28,898 nucleotides of DNA from Candidatus Hydrogenedentota bacterium (GTDB lineage: Bacteria; Hydrogenedentota; Hydrogenedentia; Hydrogenedentales; CAITNO01): NCBI GenBank assembly GCA_022710255.1, contig JAKLHG010000001.1:1-28898 (forward strand). Direction: 5' to 3'. The stretch's first letter is position 1. Each line of letters opens with the position of its first letter. Of the stretch, positions 1 through 9,417 are shown piece after piece. The position numbers and the translations under genes were made by a program. The notes under the pieces were generated by a model. It saw only the letters and a list, made by a program, of their open reading frames with translations. It was not told where the DNA came from and did not search any database.

Positions 1-99
1 GACCCGTACTACGGCCGCGCAGGCGACTTCGAGCATGTGCTCGACCTGGTCGAGGATGCCTGCGACGGCTTGCTGGCCCGGATGGGTCACGCGGCCTGA
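1..99 (+). CDS. Low-molecular-weight protein-tyrosine phosphatase, C-terminal part (gene starts before the window; not in the ORF track)
   Basis: Frame 1 from base 1 reads DPYYGRAGDFEHVLDLVEDACDGLLARMGHAA* (TGA 97-99). DPYYG followed by F..V.D.VE..C..LL is the LMW-PTP D-loop and terminal helix. Confidence 0.85.
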   Translation, partial: DPYYGRAGDFEHVLDLVEDACDGLLARMGHAA

Positions 100-790
100 G
101 GCGGCGTCCCGTTTTCAGGTGGGTGGTTTCCTTGATCCGAATTACGAGGCACTGCTGGCCCTGCGGCCGGACCTGATTCTCCTGACACCTTTTCACCGGG
201 AACTGTGGCCGGAACTGGACCAGCTGGGATTGCATTACGAAGTGATTGCTCAGGATACCGTCGCGGATATCCGCGGCAGTTTTATCCGGCTGGGCGCATT
301 GTGCGGTTGCGAAACGCAGGCGCAAACGATGGCCGCGGACCTGGACAGGCACCTGGCGGACATTGCCCGCCACACCGAGGGCCGCCCCCGCCAGCGCGTA
401 CTGATGACCACGGGCCGTGACGTACATTCCGGCACCCTGAACGATGTCTATGCCGTGAGTTCCGGCTCCTTCTTAAGCGAACTCCTGACGCTTGCGGGCG
501 GTGAGAACTGCGTCCCCGGCGGCGCGGCGGAATATCCCGCCCTTTCCGCCGAAGGAATATTGCGGCTGGATCCGGAGGTCATCATCGAGTTCGGGCCGGA
601 TACCGGCGCCGGGGCCGCATCGGAGGCGGTGAGCGCCTGGCGGGCACTGCCGGGACTGGCGGCGGTGCGGCAGGCACGGGTGTTCTACCTGGGCGGCGCG
701 CAATTTACCATTCCGGGACCACGTATCACGGAAACGCTGGACGCCCTGGAGCGCTGCCTGCATCCCGGCGAGGAGCAACGCCTGTCATGA
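95..790 (+). pseudogene. Cobalamin/iron-siderophore ABC substrate-binding protein (BtuF/FhuD helical-backbone family), lacking signal peptide and N-terminus
   Basis: PEAASRFQVGGFLDPNYEALLALRPDL, TLAGGEN, SAEGILRLDPEVI and PGPRI are family motifs. Similarity begins only around base 95, overlapping the PTP stop codon. No signal peptide or SD-linked start is present. Confidence 0.7.
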
Positions 791-1578
791 CCCTCCCCGC
801 CTATGCCGTCGAACATCTTTCCGTCGTGTTGCAGGGCAAAGAGATTCTGTGTGAGGTGTCTTTTTCCGTGGAAACCGGGTCTTCCCTGGCCATTATCGGT
901 CCCAACGGCGCCGGCAAATCCACCCTGTTGAAAACCCTGCTTCGCTTGACCCGGCCGGACCGGGGCGGCATACAACTTTTCGGCAAGAACCTGCTCTGGT
1001 ACAACCGTTCCGATCTGGCGCGACTGACAGGGTATGTGCCCCAGGCCGGAGAGGGGAACGTGCCTTTTCCCGTGGAAACGTTTGTGCTGCTGTCCCGCTA
1101 TGCCTACCTGCGGCCCTTTTCCCATTTTTCGGAAACGGATCGTCAAATAGCAAGGGAGGCAATGGCCCAGGCGCATGTGGAGGCCCTGTCGGACCGTATG
1201 TTGCATACGCTCAGCGGCGGTGAACGGCAGAAGGTCTATATTGCCGCCGCCCTGGCGCAACAGCCCCGGGTGATGCTTTTCGACGAGGCCACGGCGTTTC
1301 TCGATTACCGCCACCAGGTGGAAATAGGGGAACTCACCGAGGCGCTGCGCAGGGAGACCGGGATGACCCTGATTGCGGTTACCCACGATCTCAACCAGGG
1401 CGTGTTGCGGTACGACCGCGTGCTTGCCTTGAAAAACGGCAGGGTTGCTTTTTCAGGCACGCCCGAGGGCCTTCTGGAAAAGGGACGGCTTGAAAGCATT
1501 TACGATACCCCCTTCCGCTTTCTGAAGGAGCCGGGGGCGGAAACGCTCTTCGTGGTTCCCGGGGGGCATGCTTCATGA
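787..1578 (+). CDS. ABC transporter ATP-binding protein, iron-siderophore/cobalamin (FecE/BtuD-like)
   Basis: Walker A GPNGAGKST, signature LSGGERQ, Walker B MLFDEAT, H-loop VTHDLN; ATGA overlap with the upstream gene. Confidence 0.93.
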   Translation: MTLPAYAVEHLSVVLQGKEILCEVSFSVETGSSLAIIGPNGAGKSTLLKTLLRLTRPDRGGIQLFGKNLLWYNRSDLARLTGYVPQAGEGNVPFPVETFVLLSRYAYLRPFSHFSETDRQIAREAMAQAHVEALSDRMLHTLSGGERQKVYIAAALAQQPRVMLFDEATAFLDYRHQVEIGELTEALRRETGMTLIAVTHDLNQGVLRYDRVLALKNGRVAFSGTPEGLLEKGRLESIYDTPFRFLKEPGAETLFVVPGGHAS

Positions 1579-2570
1579 AGACAAAAACTACACTCCTTTC
1601 CCTAAGCTTTCTGGCGCTGGTCGTGCTCCTCGGCGCGCCTTTTGTGGGGATTACCCCCCTGTCCTTTTCCCATGTTATAGAACCTGCGGGCGGAACCATG
1701 GATGCCGTGGTTTTCTGGCATATTCGCCTGCCCCGGGTATTGACGGCATTCCTCGCGGGCAGCGGGCTGGCACTGGGTGGCATGGCCTTTCAGGCATTGT
1801 TTCGGAACCCCCTCGCAACGCCTTTCACTCTTGGCGTATCCGGCGGGGCGGCGTTCGGCGCCGCCTTATATATGCGCCTGGGGATTGCTTTCGCCTTCCT
1901 GGGTATTCCCGGAGGAACCTGGGCCGCCTTTGCCGGCGCCATACTGGTGATTGTGGCGGTTTACGGGCTTACCCGCGCGCGGGGCGGGTTTGCCACGACG
2001 ACCCTGTTGCTCGCGGGCGTTGCCTTCAGTTATTTTCTTTCCAGCATGATACTGGCCCTGCAGTACAGTGCCAGCCTCCATGATTCGTTTCGCCTGGTAC
2101 GCTGGCTCATGGGCGGCCTGGGCATGGTGGGTTATGACGCCGTGTTGAATCTGTTTCCCCTGGTCGTGACCGGTTCCGTCCTGATCCTGATGCTCACCAA
2201 CGAGCTGAACCTATTGACCATTGGGGAAGACCTGGCCATGAGCCGCGGGCTGGATGTGCCCCGCACGAAAAAAGTTTTATTTTTTGCCGTCTCTTGCATG
2301 GTGGGCGGCATTGTGGCGGTCTGTGGTCCCATCGGGTTTGTGGGTATGATGGCGCCCCACATTTGCCGCCTGCTGGTTGGCTCGGACCATCGCAGCCTCT
2401 TCCCGGCAACACTGCTTTTCGGCGGCACGTTCCTGACCGCCTGCGATGTTATCGCGCGCCTGGCCTTCGCCCCCGCCGAGATACCGGTGGGCGTGATTAC
2501 GGCCTTACTAGGCGGCCCCTTCTTCCTGTACCTGCTGCTGCGGCGCGATAGCGGCTCTTTGCTGGTATAA
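1575..2570 (+). CDS. ABC transporter permease, FecCD/BtuC family
   Basis: IRLPRV, FQALFRNPLATPFTLGVSGGA, GEDLAMSRG, GPIGFVGMMAPH, EIPVGVITALLGGPFF; multiple TM helices; ATGA overlap. Confidence 0.95.
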   Translation: MKTKTTLLSLSFLALVVLLGAPFVGITPLSFSHVIEPAGGTMDAVVFWHIRLPRVLTAFLAGSGLALGGMAFQALFRNPLATPFTLGVSGGAAFGAALYMRLGIAFAFLGIPGGTWAAFAGAILVIVAVYGLTRARGGFATTTLLLAGVAFSYFLSSMILALQYSASLHDSFRLVRWLMGGLGMVGYDAVLNLFPLVVTGSVLILMLTNELNLLTIGEDLAMSRGLDVPRTKKVLFFAVSCMVGGIVAVCGPIGFVGMMAPHICRLLVGSDHRSLFPATLLFGGTFLTACDVIARLAFAPAEIPVGVITALLGGPFFLYLLLRRDSGSLLV

Positions 2571-2571
2571 G

Positions 2572-4878
2572 CTAACTCAGGGAGGGTTGCGCCAGCGGTG
2601 TTCCCAAATCCAGCGTGGTAAAGGTATAGGTGTGGTCGCTGCCCAGGGGCAGGCGTATCAAGGTGCGGTTGGGTTCCGGGGCAATGTGCGCCGGGCGCGG
2701 TACAAAATCTTCAAAGGCGGGCAGTCCATAGACCTTTTCCCGCACCGCGATGCGCAACGGTTTGTCCGCCGCGGCTTCCAGATACACCTCCACGCCTTCC
2801 CGGGGCGGAATTTCCAAAGAAAGATCCCAGTCTTTTTCCGCTCCTGGCAGTTCATGACCGAGTATCTGGGCAGTATAAACCGGCGTGTCGGAGGTGACAC
2901 GCAGCCACATCCGCTGCGGCGCCCGGGGCGAGTAAATCTTGCAGGTCAGCCGTCGTCGGCCTTCTGTGACCGTATCCTCCAGAATCTCCACCGTCGGCCG
3001 GCCCAGGGGCGGCATCGGGGCCGCCGCTTTTTTATAGGCCGTGTCGTCATAGTGCATAAACCGGCCTGCGGGTTCGCTTGGGGCGTCTTCCGGTATGTAA
3101 CGCGCGAGCCAATCGTCCCACCGCGAGGTGGAACTTAGCCAGCAGGCTTCTTCCCGATCGAAGTCAACACCATAAGCCAGGCAGTTGAGTTTGGGACTAT
3201 CAGGACCCGGCAGACAGCCCCGATATCCCGCAACCAGCAACAAAGCCCCCCCGATTATAAGAACGGCGCCCGCGACGCAGAGGCTGGTGCGAGAGATAAG
3301 GTACAGCTGGGGCGTGATAAAAGCGGTCAACAGGATGACCAGGGGAACGAGCACTATGGATGCCATGACCGTGACGGCATAGAAGGGCACGGCGAGCGGT
3401 CCGGTGATAAACAGGAGCGGCGGCAGCGCCAGCAGCACGGACCCTCCTAAGATCGCAGGGGAAGGGGTCTCATTTTTTGTGAACACAAGCACTACGAGAA
3501 GATAGAGACCTCCGCTCACCAGAGGAATAAGGGCGAGGTTTGCGCCGCCGGGCAACCAGACCTGCAGTGCGGCCAGTCCGGCCAGCCACCACAACAGGGC
3601 GCCCGCCAACAGGTCCTGGGGCCGGGCGCAGCGGCGCAACAAGGCCAGCATGAAAAGAAAGACCGACAATCCGACGGCTATCATGCCCAGACTAAACACG
3701 TTGTTCTGATACAGGGCGGTCTCCCGAAAACGGGTGAAAACAATGTAACTTATCAGTCCGATGGGCACGGCAGCAATAAGACCGGCGAGTGGAATTATAA
3801 GGATTCCGGTAAGAACACCCCGCAGCGATAATTTCCGGGTGATAAAACCATACGCGAATACCAGGAGGATGAACACGATGGCGGCCATCGCCAGAGGCCA
3901 GCCCCAGGAGAGGGGATACACTACCAGATGCCCGCCGATGGTATTGAAATATTGGGCATCCGGCGCATGACAGTTGTCCAGGTTCATCATGCCGAAATGA
4001 CGGGCAAGGCCGAGGGCATAATTGCCATTGTGCTGCAGGCTGGCCAGGCTGGCATTTTCAGGGTTGTCGAGAACCGTGTGGTAATGATCGAATCCATCTA
4101 CAAAGGCCAGGTTCATGCCGGCGACATCAAATTTGTAATGCTCAAAATCGCTGTTGAAGGGCATGCGCTTGTAAAAGTCGTACATGATGGAGTTGGTGCG
4201 CGGTCCCACCCCCGCACGGGCCAGCTCGCGAAGTACGAATCCATTATCGGGAGAAGTCTCGAACATCAGGGACGGGCCGGAGGTGCCGCGTGTTTCCACG
4301 CCAAGCATGATGCCCACATCTTGGAACCAGGAATGATTGCGAAAAGCCTTGGCACCGCCCATATTAAATTCTTCCTGATCGGCAAACACAAAGATAATGT
4401 CGTTTTGCAGCGGAGGGGAATTCTTCAGTGCCCGCGCCGTCTCGAGCATGGCGGCAATGCCCGCCCAGTCATCGGAAGCGCCCGGTCCCCAGGCCACCGA
4501 ATCAAAGTGGGCATCCATGGCGAAAGCCCGCGTCGGATGGGCGCCCCGAATACGCCCCAATACCGCCCGGCGGCGGGATACCTGCCGTTCCCCGGTTTTA
4601 TCATAGACGTGGATGAGTTCGGTTTCCACGCCCAGGCGTTCCAGTTCCTTTTGAATATACGCGCATGCCTCATCATTGCGCACGGAGCCCGCCGGCTGCG
4701 GCGCGGTGCAGACCGCGGCGATATGCTGATGGGCCCGCTCCGCGCTGAACTGTTCCGCCGGCGCAGAAGCCGGAACGGGATAGGGTGCAAGGGACATCCA
4801 TAACGCGAAACACACGCCTGCACAGGCGACCGCAATAGGCGCCAGAGCAAGCAGGGAGGATTTGGCAGGAAGGGACAT
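2572..4878 (-). CDS. Membrane-embedded M28 family metallopeptidase (ERMP1/Pff1-like architecture)
   Basis: Zn-ligand motifs AHFDSV, GASDDWAG, DQEE, ETRG, HYHT; N-terminal TM anchor, central block of about 8 TM helices, soluble C-terminal domain. Confidence 0.88.
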   Translation of the reverse strand: MSLPAKSSLLALAPIAVACAGVCFALWMSLAPYPVPASAPAEQFSAERAHQHIAAVCTAPQPAGSVRNDEACAYIQKELERLGVETELIHVYDKTGERQVSRRRAVLGRIRGAHPTRAFAMDAHFDSVAWGPGASDDWAGIAAMLETARALKNSPPLQNDIIFVFADQEEFNMGGAKAFRNHSWFQDVGIMLGVETRGTSGPSLMFETSPDNGFVLRELARAGVGPRTNSIMYDFYKRMPFNSDFEHYKFDVAGMNLAFVDGFDHYHTVLDNPENASLASLQHNGNYALGLARHFGMMNLDNCHAPDAQYFNTIGGHLVVYPLSWGWPLAMAAIVFILLVFAYGFITRKLSLRGVLTGILIIPLAGLIAAVPIGLISYIVFTRFRETALYQNNVFSLGMIAVGLSVFLFMLALLRRCARPQDLLAGALLWWLAGLAALQVWLPGGANLALIPLVSGGLYLLVVLVFTKNETPSPAILGGSVLLALPPLLFITGPLAVPFYAVTVMASIVLVPLVILLTAFITPQLYLISRTSLCVAGAVLIIGGALLLVAGYRGCLPGPDSPKLNCLAYGVDFDREEACWLSSTSRWDDWLARYIPEDAPSEPAGRFMHYDDTAYKKAAAPMPPLGRPTVEILEDTVTEGRRRLTCKIYSPRAPQRMWLRVTSDTPVYTAQILGHELPGAEKDWDLSLEIPPREGVEVYLEAAADKPLRIAVREKVYGLPAFEDFVPRPAHIAPEPNRTLIRLPLGSDHTYTFTTLDLGTPLAQPSLS

Positions 4879-5108
4879 AATCGTTTCCTGGTAGGGTTCA
4901 AGACAGACTGCGCTTGCCTCGGAAGGGTCTGCTCCCCTTCTCGTTGTACTATGTGTCAGACCCTAAGGAACTGAAACAAGTTTCATATTCCCTGTCGACG
5001 CGCCGCATAGATATCTCGAAATTACAAAACCGCAAACCGCGCCCGCATCACACAGGAAGTAAAAATTTCCATTCCCGGAAGCCGGCATGTTTCATGATGG
5101 ATACTCCG

Positions 5109-5141
5109 AAAAAGAAAAAGCGGGCGACAATAGGCGCCCGC
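5109..5141 (-). terminator. Rho-independent terminator downstream of the small-peptide pair
   Basis: Minus strand reads GCGGGCG-cctattgt-CGCCCGC-TTTTTCTTTTT (perfect 7-bp GC stem plus U-tract), 29 nt after the stop at 5171. Confidence 0.8.
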
Positions 5142-5170
5142 AAACGATTTTGTCACCGTCCTGGGTGTTG

Positions 5171-5290
5171 TCAGAACGCTCCCCCGAACAACACATCAGA
5201 CAAGAAGTCGAAAATACCGTTGATGAACAAGTCCAGAAAAAATGTCGCTGTCCTGTCAATCAATGCTGATAATAGCAAGCTGAAATCCAT
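5171..5290 (-). CDS. Small amphipathic peptide, 39 aa: MDFSLLLSALIDRTATFFLDLFINGIFDFLSDVLFGGAF (below the ORF-track cutoff)
   Basis: Upstream AAGGAAAGGAAAGTGGA-ATG (AGGA 7 nt before ATG); ends TGA and is followed by a terminator; polar or small residues at every 4th position (4,8,12,...,36). Confidence 0.65.
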   Translation of the reverse strand: MDFSLLLSALIDRTATFFLDLFINGIFDFLSDVLFGGAF

Positions 5291-5391
5291 TCCACTTTCC
5301 TTTCCTTGAGCGCGAATGCGCTTAGCTTACATCAGGATACATACACATTACCTTGAAGCCATACCTTACTCTGTGACCATCTGAAGCGATA

Positions 5392-5505
5392 TTAATTTTC
5401 AGATTCACAGCAATCGACCATGCCCATTACCTGGGCTCTCAGCCAGTCGGCAAAAAAATAGAAGGTTACTTTAAACAGCTCATAAAACAAATTCAACAGT
5501 ATCAT
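5392..5505 (-). CDS. Small amphipathic peptide, 37 aa: MILLNLFYELFKVTFYFFADWLRAQVMGMVDCCESEN (below the ORF-track cutoff)
   Basis: Strong SD AAGGAGAG-tgagc-ATG; ends TAA; ungapped identity with the neighbouring peptide at M1, L6, L10, T14, F17, F18, D20. Confidence 0.65.
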   Translation of the reverse strand: MILLNLFYELFKVTFYFFADWLRAQVMGMVDCCESEN

Positions 5506-5556
5506 GCTCACTCTCCTTAATCAGGTTGGGTTTCCCGCATTTTCCAGACCACATAC

Positions 5557-5615
5557 GTTACACATTCCCACTGTGGACATAATCATTATACATTGTTACA
5601 CAGGTTCGCGTTACA
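5557..5615 (-). promoter_or_regulatory. Putative promoter of the small-peptide pair, with repeated GTTACA boxes
   Basis: Perfect TATAAT on the minus strand at 5590-5585, about 80 nt upstream of the first peptide ATG; GTTACA at 5557, 5595 and 5610. No canonical -35 at 17-nt spacing. Confidence 0.4.
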
Positions 5616-5700
5616 ATGCAAGTAAAAAACCGTGGAATCTAATAATGTTCCATTCCTGTTGGCTTAAAAAGAAAAGACTGCTTTTATACCTGCATGGATT

Positions 5701-6543
5701 TTACCCGTTCCGTATTCCGCTTTCGAGTAGCGTTTCCAGTATGTGTTCGTAACAGGTATAGGGGACTTTGACACGACCCATTGTGGGCCGTTCTTTCTTG
5801 ATATCACCATGACAATCGCTGCCGCCGGTTAAAAGGAGGCCGCGGGCCCGGGCAAAGCCCTGGAATTCCCGGACCATTTCCGGGGTGTGACTGACATGCC
5901 AGGCCTCGAGGCCGTCAAAGGGCATTTCGAAAAGGGCGTCGAGCCGTCGGCACAGTGTGTTTCCGAGACCCGGATGGGCGATAAAGGCAAGACCGTCCGC
6001 GTCGTGAATCGCTTCAACGGCTTCCCGGGCGGAGGGCAGTTCCTTGGGTACATAGGCCGGGCAGGACCGGTTCAGGTAACGGTCAAAGGCGTTTTGCACG
6101 GAGGTGGCCTTGCCAAGTTCCATCAGCGCCACGGCCACATGCATGCGCCCTACGGGCGTAACAGGCTGCAGCCGGGACGCCAGGACATCGATGGACGCCG
6201 TGCCAATCTTGTCCAGACGCTCCACTATACGCCTGACCCGGGTTGCGCGATAGGTATGAAGTGTTTCAAGCAGGCGGGTTAAAGCGGGCGCTTCAAGACA
6301 CATGCCCAGGCCGATGATGTGTATCTCCCGGTCTTCAAAGGCAGCGCTGATTTCGACGCCGTCCAGGAATCCCAGGCCTGCCTCGTGCGCCGCCGCGCGC
6401 GCGGCGGGCACCCCGGCCACGGTGTCGTGGTCCGTCAGTGCCAGGGCCGCCATGCCCAGGGCATGGGCGCGGGCCACCACCTCTTCTGGGGCGTCGGCGC
6501 CATCGGAACAGCGCGAATGAAGATGCAGGTCAACCCAGGCCAT
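5701..6543 (-). CDS. PHP-domain phosphoesterase (TrpH/YciV-like)
   Basis: DLHLHSRCSDG, LTDHDT, GVEIS, IAHP, GLEAWH, TGGSDCHG. Start reset to ATG 6543 (MAWVDLH), overlapping the nusB end by 14 nt. Confidence 0.9.
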   Translation of the reverse strand: MAWVDLHLHSRCSDGADAPEEVVARAHALGMAALALTDHDTVAGVPAARAAAHEAGLGFLDGVEISAAFEDREIHIIGLGMCLEAPALTRLLETLHTYRATRVRRIVERLDKIGTASIDVLASRLQPVTPVGRMHVAVALMELGKATSVQNAFDRYLNRSCPAYVPKELPSAREAVEAIHDADGLAFIAHPGLGNTLCRRLDALFEMPFDGLEAWHVSHTPEMVREFQGFARARGLLLTGGSDCHGDIKKERPTMGRVKVPYTCYEHILETLLESGIRNG

Positions 6544-7069
6544 CTGCCGGCCCCTCATCGGACGCGCCCGTATCTTCCTGCACTTCCCGTTTTCTTTCCA
6601 GAAAACGGTTAAGAAGCCCATTAAGAAATCGGGGCGATTCGGTATCGCCGAACATGGTGGCCAGCCGTATGGCTTCCGCGATTACCACCGTGTCCGGACT
6701 TTCAGGGCAGTAGTTCATTTCGTAGAGGGCAAGCCTCAGGATAATCCATTCGATGCGGCCGACCCGCTCCGGGCGCCAGTTGTCCAGCGCTTCGGCAATC
6801 CAGGCATCCAGCAAGGCCTGTTGTTCGCATACGCCGGCGATTAACGGGCCGGCAAACTGCCGGGCGCGTTCAAACTGGGCCTGACTGGTGTTCTCCTGCT
6901 CGATGGTGAAGGATTCGTCCTGTTCCAATGAACCCCGGGTGAGCGCCACGGGTTCCATTGCCCAGAACTCGGGCAACGCCACCTGCCAGTCAAGGGTCGT
7001 GAACTCAAGGCCGAAGAGAAACTGAAACGCCAGTTGGCGCCCCAGTCGATTTTCCGTGAATTTCGCCAC
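6530..7069 (-). CDS. nusB: Transcription antitermination factor NusB
   Basis: R..GRQLAFQFLF, LDAWIAEALDNWRPERVGRIEWIILRLALYEM, VVIAEAIRLA..FG..ES.RFLNGLL; GTG start; conserved position after ribH. Confidence 0.92.
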   Translation of the reverse strand: MAKFTENRLGRQLAFQFLFGLEFTTLDWQVALPEFWAMEPVALTRGSLEQDESFTIEQENTSQAQFERARQFAGPLIAGVCEQQALLDAWIAEALDNWRPERVGRIEWIILRLALYEMNYCPESPDTVVIAEAIRLATMFGDTESPRFLNGLLNRFLERKREVQEDTGASDEGPADGLG

Positions 7070-7534
7070 CTAGACCTGCTCCAGTAGGTTGGCCATTTCA
7101 AGGGCGCCCATGGCCGCATCCGCACCCTTGTTGCCGGCCTTGGTGCCGGCCCGTTCCACCGCCTGCTCGATGTTTTCCGTGGTCAGGATGCCGAACAGCA
7201 CCGGCACGCCCGTATCCAGCATCACATGGCCAACACCTTTGGCAGACTCGGCGGCGACATAATCGAAATGAGGGGTCGCCCCGCGAATAACGCAACCAAG
7301 CGCGATGACGGCATTATAGTTCCCGGACCCGGCCATGCGTTTGGCGACCAGCGGAATTTCGAAGGCGCCCGGTGTCCAGGCCACAGTGATGTCCGCATCC
7401 TTCACGCCATGTCGCAGCAGGGTGTCCATGGCCCCGCCCAACAGTTTGGTGGTGATGAATTCATTGAACCGGGACGCCACAATCCCTATTTTTTTTCCTT
7501 CACCGGAAAAATCTCCCTGTACTACTTTTGCCAT
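7070..7534 (-). CDS. ribH: 6,7-dimethyl-8-ribityllumazine synthase
   Basis: [46 protein letters not shown]; start reset to ATG 7534 (SD AAGGAG at 7550-7545). Confidence 0.97.
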   Translation of the reverse strand: MAKVVQGDFSGEGKKIGIVASRFNEFITTKLLGGAMDTLLRHGVKDADITVAWTPGAFEIPLVAKRMAGSGNYNAVIALGCVIRGATPHFDYVAAESAKGVGHVMLDTGVPVLFGILTTENIEQAVERAGTKAGNKGADAAMGALEMANLLEQV

Positions 7535-7582
7535 TACATATGTTCTCCTTGGTTGAAATGGTATCTGCACACCGTTGGCGGA

Positions 7583-8779
7583 TTATTCCGTCAGCAGATG
7601 CCCCATTTTTTCACGCTTGGTTTTCAGATAGGTGCGGTTGAGGTCGCCCGGGAGTATCTCGATGGGCACACGGTCAGTCACGGTGAGTCCGTACCCTTCA
7701 AGGCCGGCCCGTTTCACGGGGTTGTTGGTCAACAATCGCATGCTGGTAATGCCCAGGTCCTGCAGGATTTGGGCGCCAAGCCCGTATTCACGCGGATCGG
7801 CGGAAAACCCTAGGTGCAGGTTGGCCTCGACGGTGTCCAGGCCCTGTTCCTGAAGTTCATACGCCTTAAGTTTGTTCATCAGGCCGATGCCGCGCCCTTC
7901 CTGGCGCAGATAGACCAGCACGCCGCGCCCTTCGGCGGCGATCATGCGCAAGGCCGTGTGCAGCTGGGTGCCGCAATCGCAGCGCAGCGAGCCGAGCACA
8001 TCGCCCGTGAAACATTCCGAATGCATGCGCACCAGCACATCTTCTTTTGCATATACGTCGCCGCAAACCAGCGCCAGATGCTGGTAGGGATCCACGTCGT
8101 TTTCGTATGCGATCAGGATAAATTCACCGAATTTGGTCGGCATCTTGACTTGCGCGGTCCGTTTGACCAGTTTTTCATAGCGCCTGCGATAACGGATGAT
8201 GTCCGCCGTGGAACAGATTTTCAGCCCGTGCTCTTCGGCAAAACGCTCCAAGTCCGGCATCCGCGCCATGGTGCCGTCATCCTTCATGATTTCACAAATC
8301 ACCGACGCACGGCGCAACCCCGCCAGGCGCATCAAATCGATGGAACCTTCCGTCTGGCCGGCGCGCACCAGCACCCCGCCCGGCCGGGCGCGCAGGGGGA
8401 ATACATGGCCCGGACGCACCAGGTCGTCCGCCGTGGAGGACGGGTCGGCCGCGACGCGAATGGAATGGGCGCGGTCATAGGCGCTAATGCCCGTGGTAAC
8501 GCCTTCTTTCGCTTCGAAAGTGACGTGAAAGGCGGTGCTCAGCTTGGCTGTGTTTTCTGTGACCATGGCCGGCAAGCCGAGCCGGCGGATATCCTGGTCC
8601 TCCATGGGCATGCAAATCAGGCCGCGCCCGTAACGTGCCATGAAATTGATGGCTTCGGGCGTCACCTTCTCGGCGGCAAGCACCAGGTCGCCCTCATTTT
8701 CGCGGTCTTCGTCATCGACCAGGATGATCATCCGGCCCTGCCGCAGTTCTTCAAGTATTTCAGGAATGGGAGTCAACAT
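7583..8779 (-). CDS. ribBA: Bifunctional DHBP synthase / GTP cyclohydrolase II
   Basis: [65 protein letters not shown]. Confidence 0.97.
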   Translation of the reverse strand: MLTPIPEILEELRQGRMIILVDDEDRENEGDLVLAAEKVTPEAINFMARYGRGLICMPMEDQDIRRLGLPAMVTENTAKLSTAFHVTFEAKEGVTTGISAYDRAHSIRVAADPSSTADDLVRPGHVFPLRARPGGVLVRAGQTEGSIDLMRLAGLRRASVICEIMKDDGTMARMPDLERFAEEHGLKICSTADIIRYRRRYEKLVKRTAQVKMPTKFGEFILIAYENDVDPYQHLALVCGDVYAKEDVLVRMHSECFTGDVLGSLRCDCGTQLHTALRMIAAEGRGVLVYLRQEGRGIGLMNKLKAYELQEQGLDTVEANLHLGFSADPREYGLGAQILQDLGITSMRLLTNNPVKRAGLEGYGLTVTDRVPIEILPGDLNRTYLKTKREKMGHLLTE

Positions 8780-8790
8780 AAGGGAAACCT

Positions 8791-9417
8791 CTATGCGAAC
8801 CCGTGGCGCGCCAGGAACTCGGCGGTGACGCCGTTCCTGCCGTCCAGGTTCATGTAATGGCGGACGTGTTTACCCAGAATGTCCGCTTCCATATTGACCG
8901 GGTCGCCCGGACGCCGGGAACCCAGCGTGGTTTTGCGCAGGGTGGCCGGGATCACGGCGACACTGAAATTGTTATGTTCGGGGGTCACCAATGTAAGGCT
9001 GATCCCGTCAATGGCAATGGAGCCTTTCGGCGCCAGATAGCGGGCCACCTCCTCCGGCGCGGTGAAGGTCCACAGTGAAAACTCGCCCTGGTCACGGATA
9101 GACACCACCCGCCCGACACCGTCCACATGACCCAGTACAAAATGACCGCCGAAACGGCCGTCCGCGCGCATGGCCCGCTCCAGATTAACCGCGTGGCCCG
9201 GTTTCAGTCGCCCCAGCGTTGTCCGCGCATAGCTTTCCGGAGACACCTGGACAACGAAGCCCTTGGGGAAAAAGGCCACTACCGTCAGGCACACCCCGTC
9301 CACGGCGACACTGTCTCCGTCCTTCAGGTCGTCAAGGACGGTTTCGCCCAGTATGGCCAGCTCCGCGCCGCTGCGCCGCGAAACAGCGCCGATTTCTTCT
9401 ATGATTCCCGTAAACAT
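8791..9417 (-). CDS. ribE: Riboflavin synthase (alpha chain)
   Basis: [10 protein letters not shown] start, [42 protein letters not shown]; TAATG coupling to ribD at 9417. Confidence 0.96.
   Translation of the reverse strand: MFTGIIEEIGAVSRRSGAELAILGETVLDDLKDGDSVAVDGVCLTVVAFFPKGFVVQVSPESYARTTLGRLKPGHAVNLERAMRADGRFGGHFVLGHVDGVGRVVSIRDQGEFSLWTFTAPEEVARYLAPKGSIAIDGISLTLVTPEHNNFSVAVIPATLRKTTLGSRRPGDPVNMEADILGKHVRHYMNLDGRNGVTAEFLARHGFA

Noticed and set aside
35-94. ATG 35 as the true start of the substrate-binding protein
   Set aside because: This stretch is the out-of-frame shadow of the PTP C-terminus and has no signal-peptide character.
2507-7815. Every CTAGG being a miscalled CGAGG
   Set aside because: CTAGG also occurs as CTA-GGC in the permease (ALLGGP) and CTA-GGG in ribBA (HLGF), where Leu fits the family consensus.
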